Shown here: piece after piece, positions 30,674 through 41,467 of the stretch
Layout of the letters: the number at the start of each line of letters is the position of its first letter
Position numbering within the stretch: the stretch's first letter is position 1
DNA from: Promethearchaeota archaeon
Lineage (GTDB): Archaea > Asgardarchaeota > Lokiarchaeia > Sigyniarchaeales > SOKP01
Reading direction: 5' to 3'
Length of the DNA: 64,000 nt
Assembly: GCA_048940925.1 (NCBI GenBank)
Contig: JBHLOC010000003.1
Location: forward strand, 128,001 to 192,000
Position numbers and translations under genes: made by a program
The notes under the pieces: model-generated
What the model was told of the DNA's origin: nothing
Seen by the model: the letters and a program-made list of their open reading frames with translations, nothing else
Database searches by the model: none

Positions 30674-30965
30674 AGACCTAATTTAGAGATGTTTGGATGA
30701 AATCACCAATCTTATTAATTATATCTCCAAAAATGGGTAGATTAAATTTTTAAAAATTTAGACCATGAAGATAAAAACATTAAGACATTTATTGATCTTA
30801 TTAATATGTATTTATTAGGTATTTCAATTTCTATTACAAAAGATGAATTTGACTATTTTTAGTCATTTTAGTTTATCAATTTGGAGCTAGTTATTTTCCA
30901 TAAATGATTTAAATAGATGTTTATTTACCCCCATAATTATAATGTTAATAATATAGGTATGGAAA

Positions 30966-31598
30966 ATGCCAGATATCAAAACTTCTGATGTAGAAATATA
31001 TGAGGAAAAAGAAGTTGCTATGTCTCCAAAAGCACGTTTAACATTAGAAATTGTAGGAGCTGCTATTTTTGGGGCATTATCATTGGTATTATCGCTATTT
31101 GTAGTACCATTTTTACCAAGGACTCCTGAGGGTTTTGCATATTTCGATCCAGTTTCGATAATTTGGGTTACATGTTTTCTCATATTCGGTCCATTAGCAG
31201 GAATATTATGTTGTTTAATTGGTATGACAGCACTTTTTCCTTTTGATCCATTTACTCCTATTGGACCACTAATGAAGTTCTCAGCTACTTTTTCATTAAT
31301 TATTGTTCCAATATTGTTATTATACTGGTATAAAAAAAGAGGAGGAGGAAGATTAAGCCAAAAACTAAAGGACCCGAAGACTTACATTATTTATGGATCC
31401 CTAGGTATCGCATTTAGAATAATTGTAATGGTCATTTTAAATATAATTGTTTATTTGGCGTTTTACGGTCAAAAAGGATTAGAATATTGGATTTTTATCG
31501 TAATTTTACTTAATGCGTTGACAAGTGTATGGGACTTAGTAATTCCATATTTTATTGTATTTGGAACAAAAATAGACCAAAAATTTGAGATTTGGTAA
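30966..31598 (+). CDS. ECF transporter S-component-like membrane protein
   Basis: AIFGALS.VL...P......FDPV.I......FGP..G pattern with about six TM segments. Confidence 0.7.
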   Translation: MPDIKTSDVEIYEEKEVAMSPKARLTLEIVGAAIFGALSLVLSLFVVPFLPRTPEGFAYFDPVSIIWVTCFLIFGPLAGILCCLIGMTALFPFDPFTPIGPLMKFSATFSLIIVPILLLYWYKKRGGGRLSQKLKDPKTYIIYGSLGIAFRIIVMVILNIIVYLAFYGQKGLEYWIFIVILLNALTSVWDLVIPYFIVFGTKIDQKFEIW

Positions 31599-31742
31599 TC
31601 TTTTTGCTTTCTTTTTTTTTCTATTAATTTAAATTTCATAATAATTCAAGATAAATTAAAGAATTTTATACTAAATACTACTATATTAAAATAATCTAGT
31701 ATCATTTGAGAATTTACTTCATCCAATCAAGAGGGGATTACC

Positions 31743-32540
31743 ATAATTAATAAAGATTATAAAGACATTTTATATAATTTCGAGAATGATATTGCTACTA
31801 TTACTTTAAATCGTCCTGAAAAACACAATGCCTTACAATATCCATTATTAATGGAAATTATAGATGTGCTAGAATATGTGAAGAAAAAGAAGTTAGTCCG
31901 AGTCATTATTATAGAAGGTGCAGGAACAAGTTTCTGTTCTGGAGATGATTTGATAAATTTGGGACCTGAAGGTGTGCGATTTGCCCCATTAGAAGATGGG
32001 TCAAGGCTACCACACCATAAAGTTGTGCGTTTAATACGAGAAATTCAAAAGCCTATTATAGGATTACTACATGGATATTGTTTAGGAGCAGGATTTGAGT
32101 TAGCACTTGCCTGTGATTTTCGATTAGCCGCAGATGATCTGAAAATTGGAGATTATCGTGCTTCCATAGCTCAATGTGCTATGAGTGGTGTAAGCTGGTT
32201 TCTTCCACGAATAATAGGATTTAGTCGTGCAACAGAGATTATTTTAACAGGTAGGCAGCTTGATGCAAAAGAGGCTTTAGAGATAGGTCTGATAAATAGG
32301 GTTTATTCTTCTTCAGAATTTAAAGAAAAAGCGGTAGAATTTATTCAAAAAATAGCAGAATTACCAACAACATGTCTTGGATATAATAAGGCTATGTTAA
32401 ACTATTCACAATTTAATGAACTTTTTCCTTCACTACAATATGAATTCAAGTTATACTTAAAAAACATTAGGACTTATGACTTTGGAGAGGGAATGAAGTC
32501 TTTTATTAAAAAAAGAGAACCTAAATTTAAAGGAAGATAA
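31743..32540 (+). CDS. Enoyl-CoA hydratase/isomerase family protein (non-canonical ATA/ATT start)
   Basis: Frame extends upstream of ATG 31851 as IINKDYKDILYNFENDIATITLNRPEKHNAL. FCSGDD, GAGFELALACDFR and KREPKFKGR. Confidence 0.85.
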   Translation: MINKDYKDILYNFENDIATITLNRPEKHNALQYPLLMEIIDVLEYVKKKKLVRVIIIEGAGTSFCSGDDLINLGPEGVRFAPLEDGSRLPHHKVVRLIREIQKPIIGLLHGYCLGAGFELALACDFRLAADDLKIGDYRASIAQCAMSGVSWFLPRIIGFSRATEIILTGRQLDAKEALEIGLINRVYSSSEFKEKAVEFIQKIAELPTTCLGYNKAMLNYSQFNELFPSLQYEFKLYLKNIRTYDFGEGMKSFIKKREPKFKGR

Positions 32541-32581
32541 AAATAATTTAATAATAATCAAAGATTTAAGATTGAATAATA

Positions 32582-33844
32582 ATGGCTTTATCGAAAGAGA
32601 TTCAAGAATTTTTGCTAAATGATGCATTGGAAAGATTTTTAAAATATGTTAGAGTCTGGACAACCTCAGATGAGAGTTCACCTTCTTTTCCATCCACAGA
32701 TAATCAATTTGAACTAGGAAAAATATTAGTAGAAGAATTAATGCAACTTGGTTTAGAAGATGTTATTCAAGATAATTTAGGATTTGTATATGCTTATCTC
32801 TCACCAACTCGAGGATGTGAACAAGTTAAACCCATAGGCTTATTAGCACATTTAGACACATCTTCAGCCGTAAATGGTAAAGATGTAAAACCCGTGATTC
32901 ATGAAAACTATGATGGAAGTAAAATTAAATATGCTCAAAACAAGGATTTAGGTTTAGGCATGAATGATTCTCCTAATTTAGAAAAATATATCAATCTTGA
33001 TATAATTACTTCACAAGGCGATACGTTACTAGGTGCTGATGATAAGGCGGGTATAGCAGAAATTATGGCAGCTTGTGCTGCATGGAAAAAATATTCAGAA
33101 TTAAAACATGGACCAATAACAATTTGTTTCACTCCAGATGAAGAGACAGGAAAACAATCTATTTTAAAAATTAATAAGAAAAGGCTTCAAGCGAAAATTT
33201 GTTATACGTTAGATGGAGGCGAGATGGGAGAATTAGAATATGAATGTTTTGATGCATGGTTAGCAACATTTAAATTTAAGGGATTAAGCGTTCATCCTGG
33301 ACATGCAAAAGATAAAATAAGAAATGCAATACATATTGCCTGTAGATTTTTTAGCGAATTACCTGAATCTGAATCACCAGAGCATACAGAAGAAAGGGAA
33401 GGATTTTTTCATTTAACTAAACTTCAAGGAAATGCAGAAGAAGCTATAGCAAGAGTATTGATTAGAGATTTTGATATAAAAAGAAATCAAAGGCGAATGG
33501 ATTATGTCAAAGCATTAAAAGATTTATATGAGATTCGTTATCCTGGATTAGAAATAGAAATGAATTTTGAACACCAATATGAAAATATGCTAAGATATTT
33601 AGAGAAAGAACGAAATGTTATTGAATTAGCTCAAAAAGCAATAGAGGCAGCTGGACTAGAAATTAAAATTCATGCAATTAGAGGAGGTACCGATGGATCC
33701 CTTCTTAGTGCTATAGGTATCCCTACCCCTAATATTTTTACAGGTGGAGAATTATTTCACTCTAGAAAAGAATATATACCCACTATAGCCTTACAAAAAG
33801 CTGCTGAAGTTTTAATCTACTTGGCTGAACTATGGACTAAATAA
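32582..33844 (+). CDS. pepT: Peptidase T (M20)
   Basis: AHLDTS, LLGADDKAG, FTPDEE, IRGGTDG and FHSRKEY. Confidence 0.93.
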   Translation: MALSKEIQEFLLNDALERFLKYVRVWTTSDESSPSFPSTDNQFELGKILVEELMQLGLEDVIQDNLGFVYAYLSPTRGCEQVKPIGLLAHLDTSSAVNGKDVKPVIHENYDGSKIKYAQNKDLGLGMNDSPNLEKYINLDIITSQGDTLLGADDKAGIAEIMAACAAWKKYSELKHGPITICFTPDEETGKQSILKINKKRLQAKICYTLDGGEMGELEYECFDAWLATFKFKGLSVHPGHAKDKIRNAIHIACRFFSELPESESPEHTEEREGFFHLTKLQGNAEEAIARVLIRDFDIKRNQRRMDYVKALKDLYEIRYPGLEIEMNFEHQYENMLRYLEKERNVIELAQKAIEAAGLEIKIHAIRGGTDGSLLSAIGIPTPNIFTGGELFHSRKEYIPTIALQKAAEVLIYLAELWTK

Positions 33845-33870
33845 TAGTGAGATTTAGCAAAGTTTTATAT

Positions 33871-34659
33871 TTATTTTTTTTTTATGTTTTTTATTGTTCC
33901 TAAAGCAATTTCTCCCTCAAGCTTTACACAAGATTTATATTGATCTTGAATCCAAGGAATTTTCCATCCTTCAAGGGGATTATAGTAGCTATAGAAAATT
34001 GCACCAAATCTAACATTTTTTAGTTTAGTTACTGTTGCTAATACATTAAGTTCTCCATTCTCCATCGAAATGAATCCTCTATTTTGTAAATTATAAATTT
34101 CTTCTTTTGTTATAGAGTAAAATGCTTCTTTTGAGTAATTTTTGCCGATGTGATAATTTTTTGTTCTTTTTGATGTCTCTTCAACTATGATATTAGTTAT
34201 TCCTTTGTCAATTTCTATTTCTTCCTCAACATTTCTTCCATAATGGATTGAGGTTCCATCAGACCCTAATCCATGAGTTGGTATTAAGTAATCAAGCAGT
34301 TTTACGTCTTTTCCTATGCCCCAAGAACCACATATGAGAAGAATGAGCTTTGCTCCACATTGAATTAAGTCTTCTGCTATTGAAGCCATTGGTGAAGCTC
34401 CCATTGGTGGAATTAATATAGTAAGGGGAATATCATGATATTTACCTCTAAAAATTTTTTCTGGAGCTGCATAGGGATGATATGGTGTTAACCATTCAAA
34501 AGATTCTAATTCGGCTTTTTCCGTTAGAAATTCTAATAGATATCTTGAAAATATTAAGAAAATATTAGGATCAACTTCAAAATCCTTTTTGCTTTTTCCA
34601 GAAGATTTTATTGCAGTTTTAATGACATCTACAGAGGTTAAACATAAATTGTTTTTCAT
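33871..34659 (-). CDS. Nucleoside phosphorylase family protein (uridine/PNP-like)
   Basis: MGAS, EDLI..GAK, GSWG, DGTSIHY and SME. Confidence 0.75.
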   Translation of the reverse strand: MKNNLCLTSVDVIKTAIKSSGKSKKDFEVDPNIFLIFSRYLLEFLTEKAELESFEWLTPYHPYAAPEKIFRGKYHDIPLTILIPPMGASPMASIAEDLIQCGAKLILLICGSWGIGKDVKLLDYLIPTHGLGSDGTSIHYGRNVEEEIEIDKGITNIIVEETSKRTKNYHIGKNYSKEAFYSITKEEIYNLQNRGFISMENGELNVLATVTKLKNVRFGAIFYSYYNPLEGWKIPWIQDQYKSCVKLEGEIALGTIKNIKKK

Positions 34660-34690
34660 AAAAGCAAATATAATATTTGAATATATTAAT

Positions 34691-35929
34691 TTACGCTTTC
34701 TTTTGGATAATTTTCGAGAAATCAGTTATAATAAATATTAACATACATAAAAATAACAAAATTGAAGTATAAATAAATGCCCATATAAATGAAAACAAAT
34801 CATAAATCAACCCAAAAATCAAAGATTCACCTAGAGATATCAGTCCAACTGACAAATAATAATAACCGTAAGCTCTACCTCGCTTATTTTTACCTGCTAA
34901 ATCAGCAATATACGCTCTAGAAATTGGATCTACAGAAGATAGATAAAAACCGTACAATATGTAAATTAAAATAATCATTATTAAGGAAAATAAAGAAACT
35001 TTGATGGGAAATGCTAAAAAAATACAAGATAATAATAATGCACATAAACCAACAACAATAACAGGCTTTCTTCCTATCTTATCTGAAATTGTACCAGTAA
35101 TAGGTGAAAACACCATGTAAACTACATTACTAAGGAGATATAATAAAGGTATTAAAAATGTTAGTGAACCAATATAATCTCTTGATCTAATTATAAGAAA
35201 CGCAATATCCAAGCTTGCAAATTCTATGACTCCTAAAACAATAATGAGTTTTATAAAATTCTTATCTATTTTATCTACTTTCGATACTCCATAATATTTA
35301 AGCTTAGATTCGTCTAATTTCGTTGGATCAACATCTTTTACCATTAAAATAAAAAAGATTGCTAATAACCCAGGGAACATGGAAAAAAAGATTATATGTG
35401 AGTAATTCCATGCTAAGAGTAGGAATATAGATGCTAGAAGAGACCCCACTACCGCACCGAAAGTATCCATTGCGCGATGCATTCCGAAGGATTTTCCTTT
35501 CTCAATAGCGTAATATGAAATTAATGTATCTCTTGCAGATGTTCGTAAACCCTTACCAAAGCGATCTGTTGCTTTTAATCCCAAAATATATTGCCAAGAA
35601 GGGCTAAATCCAATAAAAGGTTTAGATAGATTTGAGAGTGAATACCCTGCAACAACAAATGGTTTTCTTTTGTTGATTTTATCACTTAACCAACCTGAAA
35701 ATCCCTTCATAATATTTGAAAGTGCTGTAGTAACTCCTGAAATCAGCCCTAAAATAAACACTGTTCCCCCAATAGAAACAATAAATAAAGGTAAAATCGA
35801 TTGGATCATCTCTGAAGATATATCAGTAAAAAATGAAACGAGTCCCATAATAAAGACTGGTATTGTGACTCCTAGAATCAGTTTTTGTTTTTGACTGGTC
35901 TTCTTATTTGATTCCTTACTTTCAGACAT
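34691..35929 (-). CDS. MFS transporter
   Basis: SFFTDISSEMI, GWLSDKI.KRK and DRFGKGLRT.ARD; 12 TM. Confidence 0.9.
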   Translation of the reverse strand: MSESKESNKKTSQKQKLILGVTIPVFIMGLVSFFTDISSEMIQSILPLFIVSIGGTVFILGLISGVTTALSNIMKGFSGWLSDKINKRKPFVVAGYSLSNLSKPFIGFSPSWQYILGLKATDRFGKGLRTSARDTLISYYAIEKGKSFGMHRAMDTFGAVVGSLLASIFLLLAWNYSHIIFFSMFPGLLAIFFILMVKDVDPTKLDESKLKYYGVSKVDKIDKNFIKLIIVLGVIEFASLDIAFLIIRSRDYIGSLTFLIPLLYLLSNVVYMVFSPITGTISDKIGRKPVIVVGLCALLLSCIFLAFPIKVSLFSLIMIILIYILYGFYLSSVDPISRAYIADLAGKNKRGRAYGYYYLSVGLISLGESLIFGLIYDLFSFIWAFIYTSILLFLCMLIFIITDFSKIIQKKA

Positions 35930-36158
35930 TTTCTACTGGCGGTATCAGATTTAATTTTTCTTTAATTTCTATTTCTAAAAAAATGGCATCTATTATTATT
36001 TATAAATAAGAATAATAAATAAGAATACTCTAAAATAATCTTACAGAAAGGTCATAGAACTAAATATAAATGAAATAGTTATTGTTCGTTCTAGTATTTT
36101 ATATAAATTTTTAAATAGAAAAAGGATTCTTATAATTATCAAATTAATAATATTTAAT

Positions 36159-36863
36159 ATGATTCCAATGTCAGAAGAAGAAACATTAGGGATAATTGAT
36201 AAAACTCTTCAAGCTGCTGAGGCAAGTTTTCAAGAATTTATTAAAGTGTTAGAAAAATCAAGAATTGAGTTGGCTAAGCTTGAAAATGACAAAAAAGAAC
36301 TAAGTACAGAAAAGGAAAAATTAGAACACGAAAAGATGCAATTAGAAGGGGAGAAAACAAAATTGGAAGCTGAAAAAAAACAATTAGAATTTGATAAACT
36401 GAAGTTAGAAGAAGAAACTGAAAAATTGGAAAAGGAAAAACAAGAGAGAGATCAAAAAATTGGTTCATTAACAGAAGAACAAATGAGACTATTAGATGAA
36501 TATAAAAGTGTAAAAGTCGAATTACAGAAATTTATGATAGCTGCAGAAGAAGCAGAAGAAGCAGAATATAATTTTGAAAGAGTACGTGCTTTATTATCTA
36601 TTTATACCGTGCTAGTTTCAGATATATGGCAAGGACAACCTCATTATCAGATTTTAAAATTACTTCATGGTGAGAAGGAAGAGATGACACGTGATCAGAT
36701 CAAGAGCACGACGGGTATAGGAGGAGCATTTGTATTACATTCAGTTCAAGAACTAGCTAAGGTTGGTCTTGTAGAATATGATATGGATACTAGTAAAGTC
36801 AAGTTAAAAGAACGTTTATTTCCAAAGAAAGCCTTAGAAGAAAAGGAAGAAAAAATAAGTTAG
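36159..36863 (+). CDS. Coiled-coil protein with C-terminal winged helix
   Basis: Heptads LE.EK.KLE repeated about seven times, then HYQILKLLHG...MTRDQIK..TGI......VQELAKVGLVEYD. Confidence 0.75.
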   Translation: MIPMSEEETLGIIDKTLQAAEASFQEFIKVLEKSRIELAKLENDKKELSTEKEKLEHEKMQLEGEKTKLEAEKKQLEFDKLKLEEETEKLEKEKQERDQKIGSLTEEQMRLLDEYKSVKVELQKFMIAAEEAEEAEYNFERVRALLSIYTVLVSDIWQGQPHYQILKLLHGEKEEMTRDQIKSTTGIGGAFVLHSVQELAKVGLVEYDMDTSKVKLKERLFPKKALEEKEEKIS

Positions 36864-36896
36864 TAATTTTTTAAATTTGTATAAAGTAATAACAGC

Positions 36897-37943
36897 TTAT
36901 TTTGCTATTACCATTTCGTGAAGTGTACTTCCTTTTTCTGTATATGTTTTACCATCATGTATTATCTTGAGTATAAAGTTAGAATTTAATCTAAAATAGC
37001 CAGGCTTTAATTTTAAAATATTTTTTGCTATAAAACGTGTGATAGGATTTAGTTCATAAAGCAAATTATCAGCATCAATAATCTTTTCAACATTAAGAAT
37101 AATTTCATGTTGTTGAGGAACATCAATCTTTATGAGCGTTGGATATTGATTTCCCGCTTTTTTATTAAATTTAAAATTTTCTTGGCTTAGTTCAAATTCT
37201 CCTGTACTCAGGATAACATTTTCATTTTTAGCAATCATAAGCACTTTTATTGGATAATTATCCATTTTTTTATTACATTTGATATATGCGAAAACCACAC
37301 TAAAATTCTGGGAATAAATTCGCCCCCAATACCAATAATCTATTATGAGAGCAAAATTAAAATTTAGCCAGTTATGATCGTGATATCCAATTCCCTTTAC
37401 TTTGATTACTTCATTATGAACTTTAATAGTCCCTTCTACACTTGCGCGGGGAAGAGCTACACACCACCCAAAATAGTTTGACTTACCAAACTCAATATAT
37501 CCTTTCCCAGGTTTCCAGCCTTTTACTAAGGCGCTATATTTTAAATGCATGCCATATTCACCTTCATCTAAATAAATTTCGTAGATAGGAAATTTTTCAT
37601 TAGAAAGATCAACAGATATATAATTTTTGCCAATTTGTACATCTGCTACATCTTGAGAAGCTTTAAGATCAGAGTGATGGTAGTTAATTACATTTTGTAT
37701 TTTTTCTCCATTCGGTTTATAGATCGTAATCTCTACACCTGTCTTCCCTGTTTGTTGATGTTTTGCTCGAAAAAAGCCAATTACAGTGTATCCATTCTCA
37801 AGACGAGCATCAAAATACCACCATTCAATAGTTCCTCTTTTTTTCATATCTATATGTAATGCATCATCTTTTGGTTGAATGGGCTTTATCTCTCCATCTT
37901 TTCGACCAGGTCCTAACCATTTTTCTTTAATCTTTTCACTCAT
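36897..37943 (-). CDS. CrtC/AttH lipocalin-like (hydroxyneurosporene synthase / terpene hydratase-like) protein
   Basis: EWWYFDA, GYHDHNW and WYWGR. Confidence 0.75.
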   Translation of the reverse strand: MSEKIKEKWLGPGRKDGEIKPIQPKDDALHIDMKKRGTIEWWYFDARLENGYTVIGFFRAKHQQTGKTGVEITIYKPNGEKIQNVINYHHSDLKASQDVADVQIGKNYISVDLSNEKFPIYEIYLDEGEYGMHLKYSALVKGWKPGKGYIEFGKSNYFGWCVALPRASVEGTIKVHNEVIKVKGIGYHDHNWLNFNFALIIDYWYWGRIYSQNFSVVFAYIKCNKKMDNYPIKVLMIAKNENVILSTGEFELSQENFKFNKKAGNQYPTLIKIDVPQQHEIILNVEKIIDADNLLYELNPITRFIAKNILKLKPGYFRLNSNFILKIIHDGKTYTEKGSTLHEMVIAK

Positions 37944-37984
37944 ATTATTAGTCTCTCTTATTCCTAAGCTTTATTAAATATATT

Positions 37985-38401
37985 CTAGTTATTGTTATTC
38001 ATTAAAATTTTAACCAATTTCAATAAATATAGTAATTTACTGATTCCTTGCAACTTTATTTTACGAATTATCCATTTTTTAGCGATTCCTAATAATGACA
38101 TTCTATTCATGACAAACGCAAGAAAAATTTGACTATCCATTTGTAAGAATCCATCCCAACCTATATTTTTCTTTTTTAGATTTTCTTTTGGTTTGTTTGG
38201 GATACTTTCTACCCTTAATTCACCGTTATCAATAATAATCAATGCCGCAAAATTTACATTTATTGCATTTATGAGAATTTTAACATGTGTATCTTCAAAC
38301 TTCTTTTTAAATTTATCAGTTTCATTTAAAGGGGCAAGCAAATTATAAATAAGTGCACCGAAACCTCTAATCTTATTATTTCCTATTTCTACTTCTGACA
38401 T
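37985..38401 (-). CDS. SCP2 sterol/lipid carrier-like protein
   Basis: IIDNGEL.V, WDGFLQMD...F and WIIRKIKLQG pattern. Confidence 0.55.
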   Translation of the reverse strand: MSEVEIGNNKIRGFGALIYNLLAPLNETDKFKKKFEDTHVKILINAINVNFAALIIIDNGELRVESIPNKPKENLKKKNIGWDGFLQMDSQIFLAFVMNRMSLLGIAKKWIIRKIKLQGISKLLYLLKLVKILMNNNN

Positions 38402-38412
38402 TTTACTATTTA

Positions 38413-39978
38413 TTATTCCTTTGATGAGATATAAAATCCTGAATCTGCTATATTGTTCGGATCAAATGATTCTTTAATCTTTCTAAGCCAAATGTGGTAA
38501 TTTGACATATGAGGTCCAAATAACTCATGCATTCGTGTTCCTTCTACGAAAAAGGGTGCACCGAGATGCTTAAGCAAGTCCAATTGGTTACTTTCTTCCA
38601 TATATTCTGCCATTCCTTTAACGCTATTTTCATCTGTTTGATCAAACATAGTAGGTGATTCCATATGAAAAAAATGTCCTGATTCATAAGACGTCATCCA
38701 AGTTCCTTCTCCAAAATCATTGGCTATTACTCCCTTATTAATATAATTTTTCTTTATAGGGATATTCGTTTTCGTACTGCGAAGACATACCGCTGCTGTG
38801 TCTGCAACACCCTTTGAGGACTGAAAACCTCCCGTTGCTATAAATCCATGTAATCCTAGATTAGAACGTAAAGCTTCAGCATAAAAGATTGATTTAGGAG
38901 TATAGATTCTTCCAATAATGTTTTTTAACTTAAATTTTTGTAATAAATGTTCCATTACTTTTTGTTTGTAATTAAATTCTCCTTTTGTACGAGCGGCAAT
39001 TAATACAACGATAGGAGCTTTCATACTCCCAATTGTTAGTTTATCCATTAGACTTTCAATAGAATTAGAAAAGATAGCCATTACCGCAAAACCACTTAAA
39101 TAACTACACATAAAAGAAATTTCTTCCTCTTCCACCCCTAACATTATCGATTCGAGCTTCTTAAAATTCCCACAATCCATTACATATAATTTCATATAAT
39201 TAGGAATATCAAAACCATAATTAGGAGAATATCCTTTAATATTATATTCTGTACTGCAAGGATAAGGAAAAAGTTTTATAGCTACTCGAGTAAACACTCC
39301 AATACCGGATTTTGCACCTGCCCAACCACGCATTATTCCCCTTAAACTTGGACCTGGACCATCACCATGATACCAATCTGATCCCTTCTTAAGACCAAGA
39401 GAACCTAATCTTAAAACTTCTCCATCAGGTAATACCCACTCAACACCTAGTACATTACGGGCCGAATGTCCTGTTTGAGGGGAGGTAAAACCCGGACCAT
39501 TCATTGAAGTATGACTCGCTAATGGAGAAACCATTGGTCCTGCACCAGGCATATGACAGTTAAGATTATATTTCATTAATTCTGCTTGTAGTTGTGCCCC
39601 ACTTACATACGGTTCAATTACAGCATACAGGTTTTTCTCATCAATTTTGACTATTCTATTCATTCTGCGGAGGTCTAATATAATAGAATTGTCTGTTGAA
39701 GGTTGATTCCAAGGACCAAGACCAGTGCTTTGAGCCTTGAATACAATTCCATATTTATTGCATAGTTTGACTATTTTCTGTACTTCCTCAGTTGAACTTG
39801 GTAAAATTACTGCTTTGGGAACCGGGGAGAAGGGAATTGGTTTTTTACCATCCATATAATTAAAGATTTCCATGCACCAATTATATGCATAGACATTAGT
39901 AATTACCTCCCCATCATTGATATTTTCGCTTCCAACGATTTTTTCGAAATCTATGTAGATCTCCTTATCAAGAACCAT
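38413..39978 (-). CDS. FAD-binding oxidoreductase (VAO/GlcD/PCMH family)
   Basis: P.AVILPSSTEEVQ, LDLRRMNRI, GVEWVLPDG and KIKESFDPNNI. Confidence 0.88.
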   Translation of the reverse strand: MVLDKEIYIDFEKIVGSENINDGEVITNVYAYNWCMEIFNYMDGKKPIPFSPVPKAVILPSSTEEVQKIVKLCNKYGIVFKAQSTGLGPWNQPSTDNSIILDLRRMNRIVKIDEKNLYAVIEPYVSGAQLQAELMKYNLNCHMPGAGPMVSPLASHTSMNGPGFTSPQTGHSARNVLGVEWVLPDGEVLRLGSLGLKKGSDWYHGDGPGPSLRGIMRGWAGAKSGIGVFTRVAIKLFPYPCSTEYNIKGYSPNYGFDIPNYMKLYVMDCGNFKKLESIMLGVEEEEISFMCSYLSGFAVMAIFSNSIESLMDKLTIGSMKAPIVVLIAARTKGEFNYKQKVMEHLLQKFKLKNIIGRIYTPKSIFYAEALRSNLGLHGFIATGGFQSSKGVADTAAVCLRSTKTNIPIKKNYINKGVIANDFGEGTWMTSYESGHFFHMESPTMFDQTDENSVKGMAEYMEESNQLDLLKHLGAPFFVEGTRMHELFGPHMSNYHIWLRKIKESFDPNNIADSGFYISSKE

Positions 39979-41283
39979 CTATATTGCCTCCTCTGCTTTC
40001 TGTTTATAAGTTTTAATATCAAATCCAAGAGCGATTAGTATTAATTCACTGATATCATAAAATTTTAATTTAGAACCAGTTTCTTTAATTGCATCTTGCA
40101 AATTTGTTGAACAGAAAGGACACGTAGACGTAATTATATCTGCACCTGTATCTTCCGCTTCTTCTATTCTATTTTTTGCTATTTTTAGTGCAAAGTCTGG
40201 AAAAGCAGATTTAACTCCAGCTCCAGCTCCACAACAATAAGAATATTCTTTAATTCTCTCCATCTCAACAAGATTTAATCCAGGTATTCTTCTGATAATA
40301 TTTCGCGGGATTTCATAGATACCTTGTGAACCTGTTCTTTTAGGTTTAGGTGGAATATTAATAGACACTAAAGGCATTAAATGTACGGTGTCACCATCCC
40401 ATTCCTCATACTTTTCAGCATTTCTTCCTAAATGGCAGGGATCGTGATATGTGACCTTCAAAGGCACATCTTTTATAAAGTGTAACTGCTCTTTCTCAAG
40501 TAATTCATTAAAAAACTCTACTGTATGAAGAACACGAAATTTGTATTTTCTAAAGAGTGGGTAATCAACTTTAAACGTATCATAACACCCAGCACAACTA
40601 AAAATTACCGTCTCTATTCCTTTTGATTCAATTACATCAAGATTTTTGTTGAGATACTCTCTAAAAGTATTAATATCTCCAGTCCTCAAAACAGGACTCC
40701 CGCAACAAAATTCTTCATGTTGTATAATATTAAAAGAGACTCCAGCAGCTTGCATAATCTTAACAGTTGCTAACGCTATTTCTTTCCTCCTATAAGATGA
40801 TGTACATCCTACAAAATACAAGATTTTTGCATCTGGATCAAGTTGAATATCATCAGGGAGCCAATCCATTCTTTTTTCATGAGGCTCATTATACGGATTA
40901 TTTATTTTTTTCACTGCATCAATGTATTGCTGTTGTTTAGGCATAGGACCATATCCGCTATCCACTAATTTTTCTCTTAGCTTCATGATAATTTCGAGTG
41001 GTTCTAAAGTATTTAAAAATTTACAAGCAACTGCGCAACCACCACATGCAGTACATTTATACACAATTTCCCGTAATTCTGGTGAGGGTTGTAACCTACC
41101 CATTTCTAAAGCTAAAGCTAAAATAATACGACCTCCAGCACTATATGCATGATAATTGTATAAATCTATGGATGGGCATATTGTTGCATATTTTTGGCTC
41201 TTGATTTGGAGTTGTGGTATCCACTTGCATATAGAGCAACGGAGACAGCGTTTGATCATTTGGTTGTATTCTTCTTCATTCAA
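39979..41283 (-). CDS. (Fe-S)-binding CCG-domain oxidoreductase (GlcF/HdrD-like)
   Basis: CLRCSIC, CTACGGCAVAC, CCG twice, YHDPCHLGR and CPFC. Confidence 0.9.
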   Translation of the reverse strand: MNEEEYNQMIKRCLRCSICKWIPQLQIKSQKYATICPSIDLYNYHAYSAGGRIILALALEMGRLQPSPELREIVYKCTACGGCAVACKFLNTLEPLEIIMKLREKLVDSGYGPMPKQQQYIDAVKKINNPYNEPHEKRMDWLPDDIQLDPDAKILYFVGCTSSYRRKEIALATVKIMQAAGVSFNIIQHEEFCCGSPVLRTGDINTFREYLNKNLDVIESKGIETVIFSCAGCYDTFKVDYPLFRKYKFRVLHTVEFFNELLEKEQLHFIKDVPLKVTYHDPCHLGRNAEKYEEWDGDTVHLMPLVSINIPPKPKRTGSQGIYEIPRNIIRRIPGLNLVEMERIKEYSYCCGAGAGVKSAFPDFALKIAKNRIEEAEDTGADIITSTCPFCSTNLQDAIKETGSKLKFYDISELILIALGFDIKTYKQKAEEAI

Positions 41284-41467
41284 AGAATAAAAGATCCCCT
41301 TTTATTTATCAAAATTGTTTAGTTTTAAATGATTACTCATTTATTCCTAGTGAAATAAAGTAATTATTAATTGAATAAAATTATATCTATTAGTTTTTTC
41401 AATTATGATTCTTAAATAGGTATAAATATAAAACAAAGTAAAAAAAATATTAAAACGATTAGATAAT

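Noticed and set aside
30674-30890. Coding-like fragments (NLDHEDKNIKTFIDLINMYLLG...) after rfcL
   Set aside because: Could be a gene remnant, but no family is recognisable.
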